A DNA stretch of 64,000 bases, taken from IMG/VR virus record IMGVR_UViG_3300027784_000004; one strand, given 5' to 3'. The number at the start of each line of letters is the position of its first letter. Within the stretch, counting starts at the first letter, position 1. The translations under genes and the position numbers were made by a program. Of the stretch, positions 26,502 through 34,185 are shown piece by piece. The notes beneath the pieces are model-generated. The model did no database searches. It worked only from the letters and a program-made list of their open reading frames with translations, and had not been told where the DNA came from. This stretch comes from a virus.

Positions 26502-29500
26502 CTAAATTTCAATAACTTCAATTTCATCATGTTGTCTTAGCCCAGCAGTAACATTAGAAAATCCTATCCAGCCACCCCCTGTAATTTCAGTATCAGTAGC
26601 TTCAACAGTCCAATTAACAGGCTCACTATCGCCAACTTCCCATATTTTGCCTTGTAATGTACTGCCATTTACTCTAAATCTTAAATTGTAAAAAGTATTT
26701 GCAAACCATTCAAAGTTTTCTATATCTAAATTTAGAAAACTACCGTTTAAATACCGCCTTATAACTAGCCTTTTAACACCGCCAAATATATCAGCTTGCA
26801 AAATATAAGAATTTTCATTGCCAGCTGTGCCACTTGCTCTAACAGCCAAGCCAAGTTGTATGCCAGTTTCATTTTCTGTTCTACTTTGTGCAAATATATC
26901 AACATTAACTAAATCATCTACCTCATTCCAACTTAAAAGCCTTCTATCAGTAGCAAAACTTTCATGCTCTAAAACATTTCTGCCAGCAAATTGTACTACT
27001 TGCCAGTTTGAATTAGTTGTTACCCATCTTTGTTGCCAATCAGCAGGCTCAAAATTTAGTTCATATTCTTCAAAATCAGAAAAATGTGGTGGTGGTACAG
27101 GTACATCAGGTGCAGTAGCGCCATCAATGCCAACACCTATTATATCCCACATTCTATCGCCTGCCCCTGTAAAGTTACCAACACCAATGCCACCGCTAGC
27201 AATATCATTATCAGTAGCGCTTATTTGCCAACCAACAGGCTCTGCATCATTTTCATGCCACAATTTAGCCATTATATTATTACCATCTGCTCTTAATCTA
27301 ACATAAAACCATTCATTAAATTCCCATACAGGCTCAACATAAAAACCTGCTAGCCCTGTAGGTGTGCCATTAACTGTTTTGTATAACTCAAAGGCTTTAT
27401 AATCGCCATAACTTTGTAGCCATGTAAAATAGGCTGTTTCATTACCAGCACTACCACTACCCCTAACTACTGCAAAAGAACTTTCGCCATCACCTTGCGA
27501 ATTAACTAACATTAATAATTCCATATCATCAGTATCAGCAATTTTATCCCATCTTATAAACCTATAAGCACCGCCAGCACTATCATTAAATAATACTTTA
27601 TCACCTTGCCTGCCTATTTCTTCCCTTACTTCCCATATAGCATTACCAGCCCACATATTAGTAAAGTCAAAAGGAAACTGATTTAAAGGGTATTGCCTAA
27701 AGCTATTAAAAAATCTATTGAATACTTCAACTATAGTCAAATCAGCTAAAGTAAGGCTGTTTTCTTCAACTTCACTATTTATTAATCTATCTACTTTTAT
27801 TAATGCATTTATATCATCTATGCTTTCAATTTCGCTTGTTACGCTATATAAGGCGCTTAATAGTGCTATCTTATCGCTAGCATTTTCTATTTCGCTTTGA
27901 ATACCTATAAGCGGTTTTAATAGGCTTTCTAATTCGCTTTGATTAACTTTAATACTACTTATATATTTTAATATTTTTAAATTGCCATCAGCTGTATTTA
28001 TATTCTCAATAAAAGAAGAAATCTTCTTAAATAAAGTTAACAAGCTTAACATTAAACTATTAGATAGTAATTGAGTTTCAATATATTTATCTAAAGTTAA
28101 AAAGCTTGTTTTTGCTATAGTATTTAAAAGAGTAACTTTCATATCTTTAAATAGATTTAGCCTGCTTATCTTTTCGCTTTCATTATATATACTAGTTTCT
28201 ATACCCCTTTGTGCTACTAAATTAGCCTGTTTTTCACTAGCATTTATAACATTAGCCAGCAAGCCTAAATTTAGCCTTAGTTGCCCTGTTTTTTCACTCT
28301 CATTTAATAAAAAGCCCTGCAAATTAAATAGCACGCTCATAAATACTATATTTTCGCTGTTTTCTAAGATAAAACCCTCTATTGTTCTTACTAGCTTAAT
28401 CATAGCTTGCTTTATACTCTCATTATCTAATATAGCTTGAATTTTTCTTTGCCTGCCAGCAATAGCTATATTATCGCTTTGATTTAATATAGTGGTTTGC
28501 ACTTCAAATATTAAACCAAGCAAGCTTTCTAAATCAGCATTATTTTCCATTAAGCCTACTAATAAGAATACTTCTTCAATAAATAAATCAGCACTTAAAA
28601 TGCTTTCATTTTCCATTTCAGCAATATAGTTTCTAATTCTTTTTACTTCTGTATCTATATCACTTTCTTCTATCATCAAACCTTCATATTGCTCTAATAT
28701 AATTAGCAAACTTTCAAGGTTTGTATCATTTATTACTTCGCTTATCATCTTTTTATTTCGTTTGATAATGCTTTCAAGGGTTACATCATTTTCTATATTA
28801 GATTCTAAGCCTTTTGATATAGCACTTACCGCTTGAAATAAAGAGAAATTTTCTTTAGTAACTGATAAGCTAATATATTTTTTTAAATCAGCTTGAAAAC
28901 TTGATGTGTTTTCAATTAATGATAATAAAGCAATAAATAATGATAAGGTTGAACTTGTATCACTCTCATTTTCTATGATAGATTCAAAATTTATATCTAG
29001 GCTTAAAGCCACGCTTAAAGCACTATCGCTTATGCTCTCACTATCAAGCCTTATATTTAAAGTTGTAAAAGATTCTAAGCTAGTTTCACTAGTAAGAATT
29101 GCTTGTATTTTTTTATTAATACTAGTTTCAGCACTTAAAAAAGAATTAGTTTCTACTTCTGATTTTAAGCCCCTAAGCCTATCTAAATCACCAATTATAT
29201 TAGTTTCAATATCTACATTACTCATGATAAGCCTATCCACTTTTAAAACAGCATTTTTAAATATTTGATTATCAATATTACCTTCAATTTTCACCTGTAG
29301 CCTTATTATAGCTTGATACTTACTATCATTAATCATTTCGCCAGTAAGTAACTGAACTATGCTAATAATACTAGTCAAATCTGTTTGGTGGTTAATAACA
29401 CCAATACCTAGTTCATCAGGTGGTATAATAGTCAAATCAGCTATACCTTCACTTATATTTACCATTTCTATCAAGAATACAAAATCAGGCTGTATCTCAT

Positions 29501-29831
29501 AAACATGTACTTGTAAATGGTGCGCTTTTCCTTTTTGATAGGAAGGCTCTCTTATATCAGTAACTATAAAAGTAGTACCTTCTGCTATAATTTTATCGTT
29601 TCTTTTTACATCTACATCAGGTTCAAAAAATATCCTATATTTCATATCGCCAACTTCTTGCATAGTATTATATCTATCACTAATAGCTACCCCTAATGTA
29701 GAAATATTACCCTTTACTTCACTTATTTTTTCATATTTTCTTTTAGTGCCACCCATACTATCATAATTATAAACTGGTCTAAGTATAGTAATATCGCTTA
29801 ATAATAATTTTTTAAAATTAATATTATCCAT
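26502..29831 (-). CDS. Head-closure domain fused to an about 600-aa repeat stalk and two lectin-like domains (putative collar fibre)
   Basis: N-terminal about 115 aa resembles 29855..30328; about 21-aa repeats; two ConA-like C-terminal domains. Confidence 0.75.
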   Translation of the reverse strand: MDNINFKKLLLSDITILRPVYNYDSMGGTKRKYEKISEVKGNISTLGVAISDRYNTMQEVGDMKYRIFFEPDVDVKRNDKIIAEGTTFIVTDIREPSYQKGKAHHLQVHVYEIQPDFVFLIEMVNISEGIADLTIIPPDELGIGVINHQTDLTSIISIVQLLTGEMINDSKYQAIIRLQVKIEGNIDNQIFKNAVLKVDRLIMSNVDIETNIIGDLDRLRGLKSEVETNSFLSAETSINKKIQAILTSETSLESFTTLNIRLDSESISDSALSVALSLDINFESIIENESDTSSTLSLFIALLSLIENTSSFQADLKKYISLSVTKENFSLFQAVSAISKGLESNIENDVTLESIIKRNKKMISEVINDTNLESLLIILEQYEGLMIEESDIDTEVKRIRNYIAEMENESILSADLFIEEVFLLVGLMENNADLESLLGLIFEVQTTILNQSDNIAIAGRQRKIQAILDNESIKQAMIKLVRTIEGFILENSENIVFMSVLFNLQGFLLNESEKTGQLRLNLGLLANVINASEKQANLVAQRGIETSIYNESEKISRLNLFKDMKVTLLNTIAKTSFLTLDKYIETQLLSNSLMLSLLTLFKKISSFIENINTADGNLKILKYISSIKVNQSELESLLKPLIGIQSEIENASDKIALLSALYSVTSEIESIDDINALIKVDRLINSEVEENSLTLADLTIVEVFNRFFNSFRQYPLNQFPFDFTNMWAGNAIWEVREEIGRQGDKVLFNDSAGGAYRFIRWDKIADTDDMELLMLVNSQGDGESSFAVVRGSGSAGNETAYFTWLQSYGDYKAFELYKTVNGTPTGLAGFYVEPVWEFNEWFYVRLRADGNNIMAKLWHENDAEPVGWQISATDNDIASGGIGVGNFTGAGDRMWDIIGVGIDGATAPDVPVPPPHFSDFEEYELNFEPADWQQRWVTTNSNWQVVQFAGRNVLEHESFATDRRLLSWNEVDDLVNVDIFAQSRTENETGIQLGLAVRASGTAGNENSYILQADIFGGVKRLVIRRYLNGSFLNLDIENFEWFANTFYNLRFRVNGSTLQGKIWEVGDSEPVNWTVEATDTEITGGGWIGFSNVTAGLRQHDEIEVIEI

Positions 29832-29854
29832 TTAAAAACCCTCATTTCAAATTA

Positions 29855-30328
29855 TTATAAGCTTATATCCCCTGTTATCTCTGATATATCTTCTACTATA
29901 GTATCTAAATATCTATCATGTTCTACAATTTCTAAATTACCCTTTATATTAACTTCGCTATAAACACTAACTTCATCTACTATTTTTGGTTGTATTTGCT
30001 CTAAAGTTACTTCTAAATGGTGTTTCATAAATCTAGGCTCTTTTACACCTTTAACCTCAAAATATTTTTTCTTTGTAAACACCCTATCATTTTTTTGTAT
30101 ATCTATGTTAGGTAACAAAAATAATAGAAATTCAACATCTGCCACTTCTTGCATAGTATTGTATCTTTCACTTTCACTAATACCAGTAATAGAAAGCCTG
30201 CCCCTAGTATTAACAATAGTGCTAAATCTTTCAGCATAACCGCCTAAAGAATCTCTGCCTTTTACTATTCGCCTTTGTATAACAACATCATCAATTAATA
30301 GCCTAGTAAAATCAGCATTTCTAAACAT
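29855..30328 (-). CDS. Head closure (stopper, SPP1 gp16-like) protein
   Basis: DSLGG, IQKNDRV, HHLEVTL; position. Confidence 0.8.
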   Translation of the reverse strand: MFRNADFTRLLIDDVVIQRRIVKGRDSLGGYAERFSTIVNTRGRLSITGISESERYNTMQEVADVEFLLFLLPNIDIQKNDRVFTKKKYFEVKGVKEPRFMKHHLEVTLEQIQPKIVDEVSVYSEVNIKGNLEIVEHDRYLDTIVEDISEITGDISL

Positions 30329-30778
30329 CTAATTACCCTTTTTATTTTTGCTATATTTTCTGCTTTTATATATATCCATTAAATCTTTTTTAAAGGCAGG
30401 TTTAACCCTATCTAAATTTAATATTTGTCGTTTTTTATCACTTCTGCTTATACCGCCTGCATATGGTTTAGCATTTCTTGCTTTTTTGGTATCAGCTGTA
30501 TCTTTTAGCTTTCTAGCTAATGCAAGATATTTTTCACTTAAATCACTATAGCTTATGCTATAATCACCTATAGTTTGTGATACTAAGCGTGAAAACTTAC
30601 CAGCTAAAGTTTCAGCTAGCTTGTAAGATGCAAAATAAATATCACCATTTTCTGAATCTAGCATAAATTGTATTTCAGCATCATTTAAAAGCTTATCATC
30701 TTCATCAGTATCTTGTATTAAAAACCTTACACTATCTAAAGGTGAATCACTAGGATTACCGCTGTAACTCCAAGACAT
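30329..30778 (-). CDS. Head-tail adaptor protein
   Basis: SYSGNP...VRFLIQDTD...LLNDAEI. Confidence 0.8.
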   Translation of the reverse strand: MSWSYSGNPSDSPLDSVRFLIQDTDEDDKLLNDAEIQFMLDSENGDIYFASYKLAETLAGKFSRLVSQTIGDYSISYSDLSEKYLALARKLKDTADTKKARNAKPYAGGISRSDKKRQILNLDRVKPAFKKDLMDIYKSRKYSKNKKGN

Positions 30779-30793
30779 AAAACCACCGCCTTT

Positions 30794-30967
30794 TTAGCTT
30801 GCTTCTTCCTTTTCATCTTCTTCTTCAACTTTTCTTACCCAACCCATGTTCATTAAAGCCTTCTTATTTTGTGGCTTAAAAAACTTAAAATTCTTTATTT
30901 CTTCGCCCCTGTGAATATGCTTTTTGCCTACCTTTAGCTTTTTACTTGCAATATATTTAGTAGCCAT
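30794..30967 (-). CDS. Small basic protein (57 aa) in the head-neck module
   Basis: Hand-translated MATKYIASKKLKVGKK...; RBS AAGGAGG. Confidence 0.7.
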   Translation of the reverse strand: MATKYIASKKLKVGKKHIHRGEEIKNFKFFKPQNKKALMNMGWVRKVEEEDEKEEAS

Positions 30968-31006
30968 AAACTTTTAAACCTCCTTAAATAAGTACCCCGT
31001 AACGTG

Positions 31007-31471
31007 TCATTTTCTAAGTTCTTCCAATAACTGCATTACCTTTTTTTCTGTATCTTTGCTTAATTTAATACTATCTTTATTTTTAATATACCAATTATAA
31101 GGGTCTTTTTCACCAGTAATAGCCCAGCCTGCGCCAGCCCAATCAGCAACCATTTCTTTTATATATTTATCGGGAATATTAATCGCTATTGTTACGCCAT
31201 CTTTATATAAAAGCCAGTATTGCCAATGGTGTTTATTGCGCTTTTGATGCATATTCCATGCAAGTTTAAACTCTGCACTTGCATCTTCTTCACTAAAGAA
31301 AAACTTTGCATAAGCCAAAAATTCACTAGGCAAAAGCTTGCTTAAATCATGCACTAAACCCCTAAAAGGTATTCCTAGTTTAAAGCAGTTTAGAAGTACA
31401 AAATATTTGTGCTTGATAATATGTATCAGGTTCTTTAAATATTTCAACATAATATTTAAACCCCTTTTCAA
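31007..31471 (-). CDS. DUF5662-like HD-type protein
   Basis: HIIKHK, GLVHDLSK, HQKRNKHHWQYW, EMVADW. Confidence 0.75.
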   Translation of the reverse strand: MKRGLNIMLKYLKNLIHIIKHKYFVLLNCFKLGIPFRGLVHDLSKLLPSEFLAYAKFFFSEEDASAEFKLAWNMHQKRNKHHWQYWLLYKDGVTIAINIPDKYIKEMVADWAGAGWAITGEKDPYNWYIKNKDSIKLSKDTEKKVMQLLEELRK

Positions 31472-31574
31472 AAACTAAATTATAAAAGCAAGCTATTTTT
31501 AAACATAAAAAAATAGCCTGCTCTATTTTGATAACAGCCTAGCCTATATTTATTATATTTTTTTTTAGCTTTTA

Positions 31575-32552
31575 CTAGCCAATAGCGTTTTGAAAAAATA
31601 CGCCTAAATCATCAGCGACTACTTTCATATCCATTGCTAGTTCGCCTTCAATTCTGTCTGCGCCTAATTGCTCCATTCTAAATTGTCTAATTCTATTACC
31701 CATAGCCCCTGCGCCTAAGAAACCAGCCCAGCTAAAGGTATAACCTGCGCTAGGTTGTAATATAGAAGGTTGCGGGTTTGCATAAGCTAGTAAAGCGTGT
31801 TTGCCAAATACAAAATTCATATCAGCATCAGCGCCAGCATTAGCTACATTTTCTGTACCCCACGCTATTAATACCCTATCTACATCAAACAAGCCTGCTA
31901 GTATATCACTAGTAACAACGCCAGTTTGTGTATATTTTATTCTATCTAATATATCAGCGTGATTACTAAGCGCTGTATATACATAAGGTGATAAAACTAG
32001 TACATTAGGCTTAAAGCCTGTAAGTTCTGCAACTTCAACACTAGCATCACGAATATCTTCAATAGGTGTACTATCAGCCTGATCCCATTGTTTAAACTCA
32101 CCTGCTGTAGGTGTGCCAGTAACGCCATCTAGTTCAGTTGCCCAAACACCAGCTGTGAAGTAGCTATTAGCCCATAACTTTTCACGCTTTAATAACATCA
32201 TTTGTGTTACCCACTCTGTAGCATCTCTATCCATATTGATAACATCATCAGCATTAGCCCTAATTTGGTCATCAACATCTTTATGAATAGCAAAAACATC
32301 AGCATAATAAGTAGGTGTGTTATCAAGCTTGTAGCCACCGCCTGCGCTTTCAGTCCCAGGCGCTCTTTTCTTAGCTACATCACGAAACCAATCTTCCCTT
32401 AAATATTTATAGTACCTATCACTTTTTTTCTGTACAGGTATGTTTGGAAAAACCTCTGTAGCAATAAAGTTTTCTGCATCTTGCATATATGCAATACTTA
32501 TTTGTGTTAGAGGTTGATTAACATGTACCTGATTAATAGTAGGATTTGCCAT
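31575..32552 (-). CDS. Major capsid protein (HK97 fold)
   Basis: HVNQPLTQISIAY, IATEVFP.IPV; position after decoration and scaffold genes. Confidence 0.9.
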   Translation of the reverse strand: MANPTINQVHVNQPLTQISIAYMQDAENFIATEVFPNIPVQKKSDRYYKYLREDWFRDVAKKRAPGTESAGGGYKLDNTPTYYADVFAIHKDVDDQIRANADDVINMDRDATEWVTQMMLLKREKLWANSYFTAGVWATELDGVTGTPTAGEFKQWDQADSTPIEDIRDASVEVAELTGFKPNVLVLSPYVYTALSNHADILDRIKYTQTGVVTSDILAGLFDVDRVLIAWGTENVANAGADADMNFVFGKHALLAYANPQPSILQPSAGYTFSWAGFLGAGAMGNRIRQFRMEQLGADRIEGELAMDMKVVADDLGVFFQNAIG

Positions 32553-32593
32553 TTGTTTATACCCCCTTTAATTTATCATAAAATCTTATTTGC

Positions 32594-32962
32594 TTATACT
32601 TCTAAGCGTGAAGATTTTAGTAAAACGCTACCAATTTCATCTACACCAGCGCCAACAACCGCTACACCTAAGATGTATTCACCTGCTACCGCTTCTTTTG
32701 CTTTACCATCTGCATCAACACTAACAACCGTACCTGCTTCTAATTCTGCGCCAAATACCATTTTTGTTATACCATAAACCATTACGCCTGCATATTGTTC
32801 ATCATCAGGCTCGCCCTGTAAAACACCAATGCTAAATTCACCATCAGCAGTAGGCAAAGCTATTTGTTCATTTGCATCAATCACCACGCCTAAAAACTGC
32901 GCATTACTTAAATCAACACTTGATTCAAAGCTTGCACTTAGAACTTTCATAAAATAAGCCAT
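32594..32962 (-). CDS. Capsid cement/decoration protein (DUF2190-like)
   Basis: SIGVLQ..P, GITKMV.GAEL.AG..V. Confidence 0.8.
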   Translation of the reverse strand: MAYFMKVLSASFESSVDLSNAQFLGVVIDANEQIALPTADGEFSIGVLQGEPDDEQYAGVMVYGITKMVFGAELEAGTVVSVDADGKAKEAVAGEYILGVAVVGAGVDEIGSVLLKSSRLEV

Positions 32963-33034
32963 TTTTTAAATTACCCCCTTTTAAAAGATTACTATTTTTA
33001 AATCATCAAGCTACTTTTTTAGAATTGTATCGCC

Positions 33035-34093
33035 TTATTTGCTGTTTTCTTCTTGCATATACTGCAAGTACAATTCAGGGTTTTCAGTAATAATTTTAGA
33101 TACCGCCTGTGCTTCACTTATATTGGGATTATCTTTTGCATATTCCTTAGCAGACTTTTCAATCTTAGCCCATGCACCGCTAGTACCTTTACTATCACTA
33201 CCAACCTCCTTAAATAGTTCGCTCTCATTTATCTGCCCATTTAATGCTTTTAGCAAGCCTTCAAGCTGTGTATATTCATCAGGTGCTTTCTCGTGTATGC
33301 TCTTTAATAACTTACCAAATTCAGCGCTTTCAACAGGCAAAGTGCCAAATTCTGTTTTAGCTTTATCAATGAACTCTTTTTCAATTTTTTCATCTTCAAG
33401 CCTACTAGCTTTTTCAGCAGTTTCTTTATGCTCTTTATAAAGCTTCTCAATGATAGGCTTAACATTATCAGGCATCTTTTCTAAGCTTTTTTCTATATCC
33501 ATTTCCATTTCATCACCCCCTGTGCCAGCTTGTTCTTCTGCATCAGCTAATACTTCTAATACATCAACAGGTGATAAACCCTCATACTCTCTACTAATAA
33601 CACCAGCAAGTACAGTTCTATCTTGCGGTTCTGTAGGGTCTATTGCATTAATAAACTCTAATGCTTCGCCAGTAGTAATATCCCATATACCAGCAAGTTC
33701 ACCAGCTAAACTTCTTCTATCCATTTCCTGTTTATTGATAAAAGAAAGCAACTCTTTTTCATCATAATCACCAGCTTTAGAAAGAAGTTTAGCCATGCTA
33801 CCTAGCAAATCTTTTGGTAATACATCAGCATAGGTTTGCACTATTTTAAGCATATTCCTAAGCGCATAAGCGCCTTCATCATTAATATCAATCTCTTTTA
33901 TTACCTTTTCTACCTCACTTTCATTTTCAATTTTACTCTCTAATATTTCTTTAATAATATTATCCATGTTGACACCTCCGTTTTTTGCTTTTAACATTAA
34001 AAATTCTCTTTCATTAGCAGGCTCACCTACAATAGATACCTCATAAACCTTAGCATCTAATATCTCACTAACATCTTTTTTAAGTTCAGCCAT
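33035..34093 (-). CDS. Capsid scaffolding protein
   Basis: N-terminal EVSIVGEPAN motif, coiled coil, LFKEVGS. Confidence 0.75.
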   Translation of the reverse strand: MAELKKDVSEILDAKVYEVSIVGEPANEREFLMLKAKNGGVNMDNIIKEILESKIENESEVEKVIKEIDINDEGAYALRNMLKIVQTYADVLPKDLLGSMAKLLSKAGDYDEKELLSFINKQEMDRRSLAGELAGIWDITTGEALEFINAIDPTEPQDRTVLAGVISREYEGLSPVDVLEVLADAEEQAGTGGDEMEMDIEKSLEKMPDNVKPIIEKLYKEHKETAEKASRLEDEKIEKEFIDKAKTEFGTLPVESAEFGKLLKSIHEKAPDEYTQLEGLLKALNGQINESELFKEVGSDSKGTSGAWAKIEKSAKEYAKDNPNISEAQAVSKIITENPELYLQYMQEENSK

Positions 34094-34185
34094 CTAAACA
34101 CCACCTTTTTTAAGGCAAAATAAAAAACTAACATATTTTGTTAGTTTAATAATTAACGATATTGAATTTATAAGCTTTACTTGCC

